A DNA stretch of 64,000 nucleotides from Candidatus Norongarragalinales archaeon (lineage in GTDB: Archaea; Micrarchaeota; Micrarchaeia; Norongarragalinales; Norongarragalinaceae). A program made the position numbers and the translations under genes. The notes beneath the pieces were generated by a model that was given only the letters and a program-made list of their open reading frames with translations, had not been told where the DNA came from and did not search any database. The stretch lies in the NCBI GenBank assembly GCA_038884755.1, contig JAWABJ010000001.1, forward strand, positions 320,001 through 384,000, in the 5' to 3' direction. The number at the start of each line of letters is the position of its first letter. Positions within the stretch are counted from its first letter, which is position 1. Below, one piece after another: positions 37,964-47,480 of this stretch.

Positions 37964-39040
37964 GTGGGTTTCAGCCTCGATTTTTTCAAAAACGCCGGCC
38001 TGGCGGAAAAAACGCTTTGGACTTTCGTTTTTCTTTCAATTGCAGCGGGGCTGGCGATGACTTCGGCAATAGTATTCAAGCTAGGCAAGCCACACGGCAC
38101 CGACTTCTACTACCACTTGCAGTACGCCGAGAAATACGCTAAGGGCGAAATGGCACTGTTCGACCCTGCGCTGATGGAGAACAACAAAGGCCCTTACCCG
38201 CCTTTGTTCCACTTGCTTCTCGCTTTGCCCGCTTTCTTTGGCCTCGGCGTTCAGTTCGGAGCGTTTCTCGCCGTTTTTCTTTTCCCAGTCGCGTTGGCCG
38301 CAACGGTTTTCGCGGTTTACAAGCTCAAAGGACTTAGGGAAGCGGCTTTGGCGGGCGTGATATTGCTTTCCGGCGTTGCTTTCTTCGACCGGGGAGGGCA
38401 GGTTACTCCCCAAGCGGTCGACATGATTTTCGCGCCTTTGGCTTTCTACGCTTTCTTCAAAAGCAAAGAGCGTTTGTTTGTGCTTTCAAGCGCAGTAATG
38501 GCTTACTCGCACGCTCCCTACAGCTTTCTAGTCTTCGCACCTTTTGCTTTCTACGCTTTCTGGAAGAATTTCAACAAGAGCATGGTGCTCAAGGCTTTCG
38601 TCGCGATGCTGCCGGTTGTTTTGCTGGCGGGCTTTTTCATGCCTTCGTACTTGGGTTCAGCGTCCAGCGTGAACAACGCGCAAGAGCAAAAGATTTTGAG
38701 CGAACCGCTTTGGTTTATCGCTTACTTGTCCCCGCCGTTGTTCCTAGCGTTCGTGTACGCGTTGTACAAAACGCGAGTCAAGAGAAGCGTGGCTGAAGAC
38801 GAATTGCAGCAATTTTCTTTGTTGTGGTTGTTGTGCCTCGCGCCTTTGGCGTTTTTATTTCCCGACAGGCTCGCGTCTTACGCCTCGCAGCCGATTGCGA
38901 TATTCGCTTCGCTTGCGCTTGCGAAAAGTTTTTCGAACGACAAAAAGTTGCTTGCAGTTGCTGCAGTGCTGTTTGCTCTCGCAATAGCGTACAGCATCTA
39001 CCCGTTCTTTTCCCTGCTGCAACAAGGGCTGTTGGTTTAA
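37964..39040 (+). CDS. Multi-TM GT-C-like glycosyltransferase
   Basis: GTDFYYH loop after TM1, YPPLFHLL, about 10 TM. Confidence 0.6.
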   Translation: MGFSLDFFKNAGLAEKTLWTFVFLSIAAGLAMTSAIVFKLGKPHGTDFYYHLQYAEKYAKGEMALFDPALMENNKGPYPPLFHLLLALPAFFGLGVQFGAFLAVFLFPVALAATVFAVYKLKGLREAALAGVILLSGVAFFDRGGQVTPQAVDMIFAPLAFYAFFKSKERLFVLSSAVMAYSHAPYSFLVFAPFAFYAFWKNFNKSMVLKAFVAMLPVVLLAGFFMPSYLGSASSVNNAQEQKILSEPLWFIAYLSPPLFLAFVYALYKTRVKRSVAEDELQQFSLLWLLCLAPLAFLFPDRLASYASQPIAIFASLALAKSFSNDKKLLAVAAVLFALAIAYSIYPFFSLLQQGLLV

Positions 39041-39753
39041 GCGCTCAAATAGAGCTTTCGTTTTGCTTCAGGAAAACGCTCTACTGCATAGCGGAGCATT
39101 GCCCTTGGCATTTCGCTTGCGTGCTTGTCCAAAAAGTTTTCCAGCGTTTTTTCTCCGCACCGCTTTCCCGCTTCGCGAAGCATCCAACCCGTTGCCTTGC
39201 GAATCAAATCATGCTTATCCTGCAAAAGTGCTCTAGCGATTTCGAAAACTTCTTTGCAAGAGCCTTTCTTGATGAAGTGAAGCGTAGCAACAATCGCAAT
39301 GCGTCTTTCCCAAACGCTCTCGCTTTCCGCCAAGCGCTTTAACAAACTTTTGTTTTTTCCGTCGAGATATGCACCCACAATCTTGCCCGCGCTCAAATCA
39401 ACCAAATCCCAGTTGTTCACTCTCTTAGCATTACGCCAGTAAAAGTCGAAAATACGCTTTTTTTCCTTTGCACTAGCCCGTTCGAACTTGCCGACGAGAA
39501 TGAGCAAAGCCGCAAGCCTCTCTTCGTGCACTCGCGAGCCAAGCAAAGCGCGCGCGTCTTCGAGCGAAGCTCGCCTGGAGTATTTTGTCGCAATTCGCCT
39601 CGTTTCCGGAACGCTAACCCCGTAAAAAAAGTCGCCCTCGCCGTATTGCCCTTTTCCTGTTTTGAAAAACCCTGCGAGGGTTTTCGCTTTGCGGGCGTTG
39701 GCTAGAGCTTTGAGTTCCCTTGAAACGAAACCGGCTGTTTTAACCAAAAGCAC
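39037..39753 (-). CDS. alkD: DNA alkylation repair protein (AlkD family)
   Basis: FFKTGKGQYGEGD, NNWDLVD, WERR, KATGWMLRE. Confidence 0.9.
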   Translation of the reverse strand: MLLVKTAGFVSRELKALANARKAKTLAGFFKTGKGQYGEGDFFYGVSVPETRRIATKYSRRASLEDARALLGSRVHEERLAALLILVGKFERASAKEKKRIFDFYWRNAKRVNNWDLVDLSAGKIVGAYLDGKNKSLLKRLAESESVWERRIAIVATLHFIKKGSCKEVFEIARALLQDKHDLIRKATGWMLREAGKRCGEKTLENFLDKHASEMPRAMLRYAVERFPEAKRKLYLSA

Positions 39754-39766
39754 TACCTTCGGGCGT

Positions 39767-40015
39767 TCAGTACGACCGGCCTTGGATTTCCCCGCCTTTC
39801 AACAGCCGTTCGAGTTCGACAGTGATTTGCTTTACGGCGCTTTGCGCGTCTTTGAAGGCGTTGGTTGCCAAAGGAAAGCCCTGCATCGCTGGGTTTTTCC
39901 ATTTCACTTGCGTTTGCGCGCGGTAAAGCCCGCCAGCTTCCTCGATGGAAACGACGAAAGTCTTGCCTGCGACGGAAACCGCTTGCCTGGAATAAAGCTT
40001 GAAGTTTAAACCCAT
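39767..40015 (-). CDS. Hypothetical protein
   Basis: 82 aa; GGTGGTG SD before the ATG. Confidence 0.6.
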   Translation of the reverse strand: MGLNFKLYSRQAVSVAGKTFVVSIEEAGGLYRAQTQVKWKNPAMQGFPLATNAFKDAQSAVKQITVELERLLKGGEIQGRSY

Positions 40016-40172
40016 CAAACACCACCACTTTTTGCAAACAAAATTCAAACTCCGAATATAAAACCCGCTGGTTTATTTTCAACCCCGGGGGGGGAGACAA
40101 GAATTTGCTGGTTTTTTTCGGCTGGAACAGCCAATCTCACTATCTTATAGGCAAGTTAGTCCTTAGAATATT

Positions 40173-40496
40173 ATGAGTAAACCAGCCGCCGATTTTGCCA
40201 GAGAGTTTGACAACTACCACAAGATTTACCGCGAGGATTTCCTTTCAGTATTAAAGCATTTGGTTGCGACGAGAGAATTGCGTTTCGACGCTCACCTGGA
40301 CGGCAGTTATTTCGTGAGAGGCTTGAGCGTGGAAACCGGGTTGGGCGTAGAACGCAGCTTCAAACTGCGCGAGGCCACGGTGTTCAGCCGCATGCTCGAA
40401 GACGGATTGTTGAAGCCTTTCCGATCCTCCAACAAAGGCAACACTTTCGATTTGAACGATTCGGTCAAAGTCAAGGCCAAAAAGTTTCTCGAATAA
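40173..40496 (+). CDS. Hypothetical protein (possibly winged helix)
   Basis: 107 aa; MLEDGLL followed by a beta-hairpin-like end. Confidence 0.55.
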   Translation: MSKPAADFAREFDNYHKIYREDFLSVLKHLVATRELRFDAHLDGSYFVRGLSVETGLGVERSFKLREATVFSRMLEDGLLKPFRSSNKGNTFDLNDSVKVKAKKFLE

Positions 40497-40675
40497 CCGA
40501 CGATTTTATTAAAAACGCGTGCGGCAGAAAGCTCCAGCGGACTTTCTTGCGTATGCCCTTCACGCCCTTTCAAACCACGCTCAAGCGCCTGTTTTTTTAC
40601 CCATAACCGCGTCTTCGGCACAAGTCCTGCAAAGCATCGGGTTTTTTAAAAGTTGGTCGAGTAGGAAAAACGTAC

Positions 40676-41902
40676 ATGCTTGAAATAGTCGCGTTGCTTG
40701 CACTGATCATAGTCTTGGGTTATTTTTCCGAGATTTTGTTCGACAAGACGAACGTTCCCGACATTTTCATTCTGCTGCTGTTAGGCTTGGCCCTCGGCCC
40801 TCTTGGAGTGTCACAATCGCTTCCTGGCCTTGCTACTTTAACCCCCGGTTTTCTTGCCCCGCTGGCTTCTCTCGTGGCGGTTTTGACTCTCGTAGTGATT
40901 CTTTTCGACGCGGGCTTGGACGTGAACTTGCAAGAACTGCTGAAAAGCGCGCCTTTCGCCTTTAAGGGAACTGTAATCAACTTTTTCTTCACGACCGCAA
41001 CTTGCTTTGCCGCATTGTTTCTGGCGGGTTGGGACTGGCTTCACGCGCTGATCGTCGCGGTGCTCATCGCCGACACTGCCGAGGAAGTCGTTTTTTCATT
41101 GCTGCAGAAAGTTAAAGTCCGCCCGTGGGTCAAGAGCCTGCTGATTTTTGAAGGCGCTTTCACCAGCACGCTCATAGGCATTTTCACGGTCTTGATCGTG
41201 AGCGTTTTCGTCCAAGCCGGAAGCAGCGGGCCGGTGACTCTAGACAACCTCGGATCTTCTTTCTTGGGAAGCATTTCGATAGCCTTGGTCTTGGGCGCAG
41301 GCGTTTCCTACCTTTGGGTTCAAATGCTTGTAACCAAGAGAATCTCTTCCCACCGATACTTGCTTTCGCTTGCAATGGCCATGATTTTGTACGTTGTGGT
41401 CGAAGCGTTTCACGCGCACGGTGTCATTGCAGTGTTGATTTTCGGCGTGGCGTTGGGATTGTCGAAGGAGAAGCTGGAGAAAAGCTTGTTTGAATTCCAC
41501 CGGGAAATCACTTTCCTCGTCCGCTCGTTTTTCTTCGTTTACTTGGGCTTCATAATCTCGTTCGACAACCTGTCCATATCCGCCATCACCGTTTCGCTTC
41601 TCGCAGTGGGCGCTATGCTTGCAGGAAGGTTAGTCGGATTGCAGTATATTGCGAAAGCCCAGTCTCCAACCAAACCGGAGTTTGTTTTGCTTGCAGGCGC
41701 GCTTCCGGCGGGACTGGCGACTGCGGTGTTCGCCACGGTCTTGCAACGTTACGGGGTAGTCATTCCTGGGCTGTCGGAATTCATTTTCCTGGTGATTTTT
41801 GAAAGCGTTTTGTTGAGCATGATTTGCACGTTCTATTACGCGCGCAACCAACCGTCGTTTGACGTGAAAAAGCCGGTCATCGTGAGCAAAACCCCGGGCT
41901 AG
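40676..41902 (+). CDS. Cation:proton antiporter (NhaP/CPA1-like)
   Basis: ILFDAGL, EITFLVRSFFFVYLG, PAGLATAV; about 12 TM. Confidence 0.85.
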   Translation: MLEIVALLALIIVLGYFSEILFDKTNVPDIFILLLLGLALGPLGVSQSLPGLATLTPGFLAPLASLVAVLTLVVILFDAGLDVNLQELLKSAPFAFKGTVINFFFTTATCFAALFLAGWDWLHALIVAVLIADTAEEVVFSLLQKVKVRPWVKSLLIFEGAFTSTLIGIFTVLIVSVFVQAGSSGPVTLDNLGSSFLGSISIALVLGAGVSYLWVQMLVTKRISSHRYLLSLAMAMILYVVVEAFHAHGVIAVLIFGVALGLSKEKLEKSLFEFHREITFLVRSFFFVYLGFIISFDNLSISAITVSLLAVGAMLAGRLVGLQYIAKAQSPTKPEFVLLAGALPAGLATAVFATVLQRYGVVIPGLSEFIFLVIFESVLLSMICTFYYARNQPSFDVKKPVIVSKTPG

Positions 41903-41916
41903 AAGAAAAAGTTAAG

Positions 41917-41989
41917 CGCCCTGGGCAGGACTTGAACCTGCGGCCTACTGATTAACAGTCAGTCGCTCTACCGGCTGAGCTACCAGGGC
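41917..41989 (-). tRNA. tRNA-Asn(GTT), no intron
   Basis: Acceptor GCCCTGG/CCAGGGC, anticodon arm ACTGA-CTGTTAA-TCAGT, T-loop TTCAAGT. Confidence 0.95.
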
Positions 41990-42036
41990 ATAGAAGAAAA
42001 ATTTGCGTGGCGCGGTTTTTAAGAGTGTTTTTTTTG

Positions 42037-43173
42037 TCAAGGCAAGAAGTCTTTGTTCTTGATTTTCTCGGGCAAGTACGTGTTGGAAATGTACTGCAAG
42101 TTTTTGGACGATAAAGCTTGGATTTCCGCTTTAATGCGTTTTTCCAAGAACTTTTTTATTTCGCCCTGCCATTCTTTCGCCTTAAACCAGTCGTAATTCC
42201 TGATTTCTTCCGCGCGCTTTACGTCCACGTCCTTTGCCTTTATGGTCACGTTTTTCAAGTCGTAATGCTCGATGTCCGTAATCGTCATGCCGAGAAACTT
42301 CATTTCCGGGCAACCCAACCGGTCGCTTTCGTGCGCCAGCGCCATGCTTCCGTACTTCATCGTGCTGTAAATATACCAACCGTAAGGGTCCGCGTCCGTA
42401 AGGCAATACACCGGCAGTTTCAATTCAGTAGAAAGCCTTTGTAAAAGCCTGCGAGCTCCGCGTGCAGCTTGACCAGCAGTAGTCATCAACAGGCATTTCT
42501 GTTTTTTCCAATACCCGTCTTCGTTCAAACGGTCGAAAATCGCGTTTTTCTCCGCCACAAGCACGTATTCGATGTCGACTTTCTTGAATTCAATCTGCTC
42601 TACTATTGAAGGGACGGCCCAACCGCCAGAACCCATTCTGCTCAAATCGATAGTGTCCACCTTTCCCCTCACGCTATCCTCGATTACCAAATCCCCGGCC
42701 ATTCTTCCCTTGGGTTCGGCCCTCAAGTGCAAACGCTCTCTGAAAGACTCCATTGCCACTTCCAAGTCGACTATAGCCAAATCGCTTTCTTTTTGCTCGT
42801 CGATAGTGTCTTCCTTCGTGCCTTTGATCGTGTGTTTTTTTGCGTAGTACAAGTCTCGAAGTGTCGCCGTCAAGTCGTTCTCAAGCAAGTCTTTCTTCAC
42901 GTAGGAAGCGACGAGCATAGTCTGCATAAAACGGCGCGCGTGCGCGACGTTGAAGAAATAGCGTTTTGCTATTTTATCCCCGAGTATGATTTTCTTGGCT
43001 TTCTCGTCGAAAAACACGTTTGCAGACCCGCGAATGGGAATTTCGATGAACGGGTTTTCTTTCTTGTCGATTTCCTTGATGAGCTTTTCGCACAAGTCAA
43101 TAATGCGCTTGTTCATTTCCGCGGTTTTCTTTGCCTTTGATTCTTTCGTTTCAGCTTGCCTTGCAGTAGCCAT
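42037..43173 (-). CDS. top6A: DNA topoisomerase VI subunit A
   Basis: TLRDLYY, VAEK, TDADPYG, KAEIQAL. Confidence 0.96.
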   Translation of the reverse strand: MATARQAETKESKAKKTAEMNKRIIDLCEKLIKEIDKKENPFIEIPIRGSANVFFDEKAKKIILGDKIAKRYFFNVAHARRFMQTMLVASYVKKDLLENDLTATLRDLYYAKKHTIKGTKEDTIDEQKESDLAIVDLEVAMESFRERLHLRAEPKGRMAGDLVIEDSVRGKVDTIDLSRMGSGGWAVPSIVEQIEFKKVDIEYVLVAEKNAIFDRLNEDGYWKKQKCLLMTTAGQAARGARRLLQRLSTELKLPVYCLTDADPYGWYIYSTMKYGSMALAHESDRLGCPEMKFLGMTITDIEHYDLKNVTIKAKDVDVKRAEEIRNYDWFKAKEWQGEIKKFLEKRIKAEIQALSSKNLQYISNTYLPEKIKNKDFLP

Positions 43174-43186
43174 AGAGTATCACCCG

Positions 43187-45049
43187 TCAGCCTTCTTCCT
43201 GGATTTCTTTCTCCGCTGCTTCTTCCAAGTCTTCCAAATCGCCGTTTCCTTCTTCTGCAGCCTCGAGAATCGCTGTTTTTTCCTCGGCGATTTTCTTGAG
43301 CTTTTCCTCCAATTCGCTTTTGGGTTTGCCCGTGATTTCGTGGAGTGCTTGAGCCACTTCTGAAATGTATTTGAAGAAAATCTGTTTTCTCGCCTCGGCG
43401 TCTTCCGCCTTCTGCAGGCCGTGCAAATACACTGCAACTTGCCTTCCGCATTCCATCAAGGCAAAGCGGATTTCCGAGATTATTTCCTCTTCCGCGGAAA
43501 TAGCGAGTTTTCCAGCGCCAGTGTAAGGGACGTAAACGCTTACGAAGTTGATGAAAATCGAAACGGGAAGTTCCTCCCAATTCTTGAGTTCATAACGGTT
43601 CCATTCTATGCTTTTTGCGGCTTCCATGGTGGCGCAGCTGCCTGCGTCGAACAATAACGGAACGCGATTCGCAAAGCGCATTACTTCGCCTTTCACCGTC
43701 CCGTTTGAAGCTTGCTGTCCAGATTTCCCGCCGTATGCTATAGCCGCTTCGACCAAAAACGGGATTCCGCCTCTGAAAACGCGGGGTTTTCGTTCGCATA
43801 CGGCAAGCACTTCCGGCTGGAGCAGGTTTTTCAGGCTTTTTTCAATCTGCTTTTCGCCGATTGGGATGAGCGAGTCCATGTCTGGGTTGAAGAATTTCAC
43901 TTTCCTGAAAGCGTTGACGATCATTTCGGCTTCTTGCCACTGGAGTTTGGAAGGGTGTTTTTCGAAATCCACTCCCGGACATAACGCCTTGATTTCGTCG
44001 ACCTTGTCGCCCGAAATTTTTTCGAAATCGCCTTGCAGGAACGAAGAGACTTTTCGGGAGGTTGTGGCTTTAGCCATATCCACCACGTCGCTCGTGCTTA
44101 ATCCCAGCGGGTGGGGTTTGCTTTCCTTGGGCTTGGGCGGAATCTGTGTGCTGGAGCGCGGGAATACTGTGATTTGCTTGTCCGGGTCTATGAGCGTGAG
44201 CTGCGCGTGGGGGTTTGCGATAGCAGTACGCCGCAGGTATTCGAAAACTCCGTATTCGCTCTTGTCGAAAGCGACTTCAGCAAACTCAGCTTCCACTCGC
44301 AACCCTTTGAACTTTCCGCTTTTTTCTTCGGGGTTGGAAATGTGCGGCTCGTTCTTCTGCACGTCAATGCGCATGTCGCACTCGAAAACCTTGCCGTCTC
44401 CCATTCCCGTCTTCACATGCACGGACTTTCCGGTTGTTATTTGGGAGAAGAGCGTTGCGTAAGCCGCGCCTATTCCCTGCTGCCCACGCTTTTGCGCGCG
44501 AGTCATGAATTTTGTTCCTGCTAAAAGTTTTCCCAGCGCAGCGCCAACCTTGCTTTTGGGAATGCCGGTTCCGTTGTCTTCGACTATGACGCGCAAGTGT
44601 CCTGCCGCCCACTTGGCCGAAATCTTGGCGCTTTGGGACGGGGTTTCTGTCTTGAATTGAAGTACGCGGACGCTGGACTTGCCTTTCTTTTCGTACTTTA
44701 TCACGTAGTCGGCGCCTCTTTCTTTTGGAACGCCGTTGACCGTGATTTGAAGCGAAGCGGCGCGCGCGATTTCGTCGTCTATCTCGAAAGTTTGGGTCGA
44801 GCCGTCTCCCACGCCTATTTCGGTGTGCCTTTCCGCAGCGGCAAGAGAGTCGATTTGCACCATGATTTCGGGAAGAATTTTGGCTTCCTCGCAAGAGTCA
44901 AGGCTGTTGGTCACGTACTCATGCACGATGGTGGTTAACGAGCGGACTTCGCCCGCGTACCCGAGCATCTGCCGGTTTTTCTTGAAAAACTCGGCTACGC
45001 TGTACTCTTTGAATTGCGCTTCGATTTGCTTCGTGGTTTCGTCTGCCAA
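43187..45049 (-). CDS. top6B: DNA topoisomerase VI subunit B with an insertion of about 75 aa
   Basis: [46 protein letters not shown]. Confidence 0.96.
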   Translation of the reverse strand: MADETTKQIEAQFKEYSVAEFFKKNRQMLGYAGEVRSLTTIVHEYVTNSLDSCEEAKILPEIMVQIDSLAAAERHTEIGVGDGSTQTFEIDDEIARAASLQITVNGVPKERGADYVIKYEKKGKSSVRVLQFKTETPSQSAKISAKWAAGHLRVIVEDNGTGIPKSKVGAALGKLLAGTKFMTRAQKRGQQGIGAAYATLFSQITTGKSVHVKTGMGDGKVFECDMRIDVQKNEPHISNPEEKSGKFKGLRVEAEFAEVAFDKSEYGVFEYLRRTAIANPHAQLTLIDPDKQITVFPRSSTQIPPKPKESKPHPLGLSTSDVVDMAKATTSRKVSSFLQGDFEKISGDKVDEIKALCPGVDFEKHPSKLQWQEAEMIVNAFRKVKFFNPDMDSLIPIGEKQIEKSLKNLLQPEVLAVCERKPRVFRGGIPFLVEAAIAYGGKSGQQASNGTVKGEVMRFANRVPLLFDAGSCATMEAAKSIEWNRYELKNWEELPVSIFINFVSVYVPYTGAGKLAISAEEEIISEIRFALMECGRQVAVYLHGLQKAEDAEARKQIFFKYISEVAQALHEITGKPKSELEEKLKKIAEEKTAILEAAEEGNGDLEDLEEAAEKEIQEEG

Positions 45050-45226
45050 TTGGATTATACCCCACTGCATTTTTTTTAGCGATTTTAGGCTAACCTTGAA
45101 AACTAAAAAAACGGCGGTTTCTTGCTCCCAAAAACTGGTTTTTACGAGGGAAAAATGCCCTTTAATAATTTACGAATCTGATGCTTAAATACCTTATTGC
45201 GGGTTTTTGCGGAAGGCCGGAAAAAC

Positions 45227-45730
45227 TCATTTTTCGGCCTTCTTCTTTTCCAAAAACGCGTAGACCGTGCCGTGGCTCTTGCCTTCAAGCAATTGCAGCA
45301 CGCCTTCCTTGGCGTCTTTCAAGTCTTCATACCTTCCTAGCAGGGCGACGTTGTCGCCGGCTATGCTGATCCAGCAGTCGGTCAATTCCTCAAGCGTGGC
45401 TTTTGCCTTTCCCTGCGTTCCTATTATTCTTCCTTTCATCTGCTCCACTCTGTTTTTCTTTCCCCACATTGCCGCCTTCAAGTCGATTACTTCCAGGAAA
45501 AACTCGTCGTTCAGCATTTTCAGCGCCTTTTTGTATTCGAAGCCTAACGCTAAAGCGGTCAAAACCTGTTCGGCAAACCACTCGCTCCCGCCTTCACCTT
45601 CGATTTCCAAATCGCCTTCCTCAATGCGCGAGATTTTTGCGCCGGTGCGCCTGGACAAGTCTTTGGTCAGCGTGTCTGCAAACGCCTTTTTTCTTTCCGT
45701 TGGAATCTTGAACAAACGCATTTTTTCCAC
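45227..45730 (-). CDS. KH-domain rRNA-processing protein (Dim2/Pno1/Krr1-like)
   Basis: ALALGF, KGRIIGTQGKAK..LEELT, GKSHGTVY. Confidence 0.9.
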   Translation of the reverse strand: MEKMRLFKIPTERKKAFADTLTKDLSRRTGAKISRIEEGDLEIEGEGGSEWFAEQVLTALALGFEYKKALKMLNDEFFLEVIDLKAAMWGKKNRVEQMKGRIIGTQGKAKATLEELTDCWISIAGDNVALLGRYEDLKDAKEGVLQLLEGKSHGTVYAFLEKKKAEK

Positions 45731-45812
45731 TCAACTTTTTTCCTGAAAAAAACTTGGACTATTTAAACAACATTTGGTTGAATGGTTTTAAGAGAGTTGT
45801 GAAAAGCAGAAG

Positions 45813-45923
45813 GTGTTCAAGTTGGGTGATAATTTCGACGTTTTGGTGCTGAAGTATTTCGCAGCCACGTTTTTCGTCGTCCTGCTGTTTTTCTTGATAG
45901 AACAGACTGTTTTCAAAAGTTGA
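45813..45923 (+). CDS. Possible 36-aa single-TM microprotein
   Basis: GTG start; MFKLGDNFDVLVLKYFAATFFVVLLFFLIEQTVFKS; the stop abuts the next ATG. Confidence 0.4.
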   Translation: MFKLGDNFDVLVLKYFAATFFVVLLFFLIEQTVFKS

Positions 45924-46535
45924 ATGACCAGAGATGGATTTTTGAATGGAAAAAAACTGGTTTTGGCTTGTTTTGCCGTGGTGGCGGGAATTGCCTTGCT
46001 GGGCTGCATCCAGCAGGATTTCCCGCCTTCCGCTCCTACGGTTACCGTAGGAGCAGGTTTTCCCGAAAGGGAAAAAAACCCACTGGTTTTGACCAGGCTT
46101 GAAGACGGCCAAGAGAATGATTTTTCCGTAAGAGTGATTTCTCCGACAAAGTTCGAGTTGACCGCAACTGTTTCGGCAGGCAGCCCTTGCTCCGAAACTA
46201 CCGCATACTGGAGTCCGGGCTTCGACAACCTCAAGGTTTACTTTGAGCACAAGCAACCGGAAGGAGCGAATTGCATTCAAGTGCTCGAGACGAGAACTTT
46301 CTCTACCGTGGTCGATTACTCGGCAGTGGTCGCGCTGAGACCTTTCAAGAAAGTCGAAGCGTATGATTTCAACGAGCTCGTAGGCGAGAAAAAGTTTGAA
46401 GGAATGTTCTGCGGAGGAATCGCGGCGTTCCAGTGCCCTTACGCGTTTTACTGCGTTTTGGACGGGAATTACCCCGACGCTGGAGGGGCGTGCGTTTTCA
46501 ACGCCAACGTTTACGACGGCCCTCGCCCGGCTTAA
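45924..46535 (+). CDS. Lipoprotein with C-terminal Cys-rich mini-domain
   Basis: LLGC lipobox; CGGIAAFQCPYAFYCVLDGNYPDAGGAC. Confidence 0.75.
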   Translation: MTRDGFLNGKKLVLACFAVVAGIALLGCIQQDFPPSAPTVTVGAGFPEREKNPLVLTRLEDGQENDFSVRVISPTKFELTATVSAGSPCSETTAYWSPGFDNLKVYFEHKQPEGANCIQVLETRTFSTVVDYSAVVALRPFKKVEAYDFNELVGEKKFEGMFCGGIAAFQCPYAFYCVLDGNYPDAGGACVFNANVYDGPRPA

Positions 46536-46580
46536 AGGCGTGTTTTAAAAATCCGTGAGTGTTACTCTCCTTTGAGGGTG

Positions 46581-46679
46581 ATGGTTGTGAAGAAAACCGT
46601 TAAGAAGAAAGCGTCCGGTTCGGAAATGAAGAAATCCGGAAAGGCGAAAGATTGCAACTGCAACTGCGGCTGCTGTTAG
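46581..46679 (+). CDS. 32-aa Lys-rich peptide ending CNCNCGCC
   Basis: MVVKKTVKKKASGSEMKKSGKAKDCNCNCGCC; GAGGGTG SD and upstream TTTTAAAA. Confidence 0.55.
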   Translation: MVVKKTVKKKASGSEMKKSGKAKDCNCNCGCC

Positions 46680-46905
46680 TTGCAGAATTTGCATGCGCGC
46701 TGGTTGTCACGGGGGGATAACTCTGTGTTCATTTGCAGAAAAAATACGGCGCGTACTATGCCCCCCTTGCTTGAATGCAAAATTCAGAGTTGCAAATGTT
46801 TAAATACGGATTTCGTTTAATGCGTTCAAGAAAAATAATTTTGGACAAACCTTAACGGGGTGAATGACTTGGCAAAGAGACGCAGACGCAGATAAATTTT
46901 TTTCA

Positions 46906-46934
46906 TGGGGTTTTTTGAAACAGAAAAAACCCCA
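46906..46934. terminator. Hairpin terminator candidate
   Basis: TGGGGTTTTTT-GAAACAG-AAAAAACCCCA between convergent units. Confidence 0.55.
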
Positions 46935-46991
46935 CTCGACTTTTAATACCGACGAATCTGAATCCTTTTTTCTGCGCGTTTTTCTGCTTTG

Positions 46992-47447
46992 TCAGCCTCT
47001 TTTTTCGTACGGGAAAACAATCCAGCCGTCGTACTTCGCCGCAATGAAGTCGGGCTTGAATTTCGAAAAGCTTTTTTCCACTACAGCTGCAGTTTTCAAT
47101 TCCTTAATCTGCTTGTTTTTCCGCAAGCGCGAGGAAACCACGCGGAGGGTTTCGCCGGAATCCGCGACATCGTCGACAAGCAAAACCTTTCCCTTTACGG
47201 GCGTAAGGGTGGAGAAATGCAAGTTGAGGCGCAAGCGCTTTCTCTTACGCCCCGAATAGCTTTTTGCAGTGACGACTGCCAACGGAGTATTAAGGTATCC
47301 GCTCAACAGCCTTCCCACGACCAAACCGCCTCGTGAAATGCACACGACGAAATCAGGCTTGAACTTTGACTTTCGCACTTGCCTTTCAAGCTTCAAACTG
47401 AGGTTTTCGTAATCCCTCCAGCTCAACACCCAGTCTTTCCTCACCAT
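46992..47447 (-). CDS. Purine phosphoribosyltransferase-like protein
   Basis: ISRGG, VLLVDDVADSGETL, WIVFPYE. Confidence 0.9.
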   Translation of the reverse strand: MVRKDWVLSWRDYENLSLKLERQVRKSKFKPDFVVCISRGGLVVGRLLSGYLNTPLAVVTAKSYSGRKRKRLRLNLHFSTLTPVKGKVLLVDDVADSGETLRVVSSRLRKNKQIKELKTAAVVEKSFSKFKPDFIAAKYDGWIVFPYEKRG

Positions 47448-47480
47448 GGTCGTTCATCAGTGCGCGCGAAGAGATAAATA

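Noticed and set aside
40500..40670. RNase P RNA (GAAAGTCC on the minus strand)
   Set aside because: Only a partial P4 match; I found no complementary 3' P4 strand and there is little room.
41917..41989. tRNA-anchored integrated element
   Set aside because: No integrase and no duplicated tRNA 3' end were seen near any of the three tRNAs.
44605..44835. Intein in Top6B
   Set aside because: No Cys/Ser start, no His-Asn end, and too short.
46680..46860. Replication origin
   Set aside because: It is AT-rich with G-runs, but there are no clear repeated ORB motifs and no cdc6/orc1 nearby.
46864..47259. 131-aa ORF from ATG 46864
   Set aside because: It runs through a hairpin and antisense into the phosphoribosyltransferase gene, and the sequence is not protein-like.
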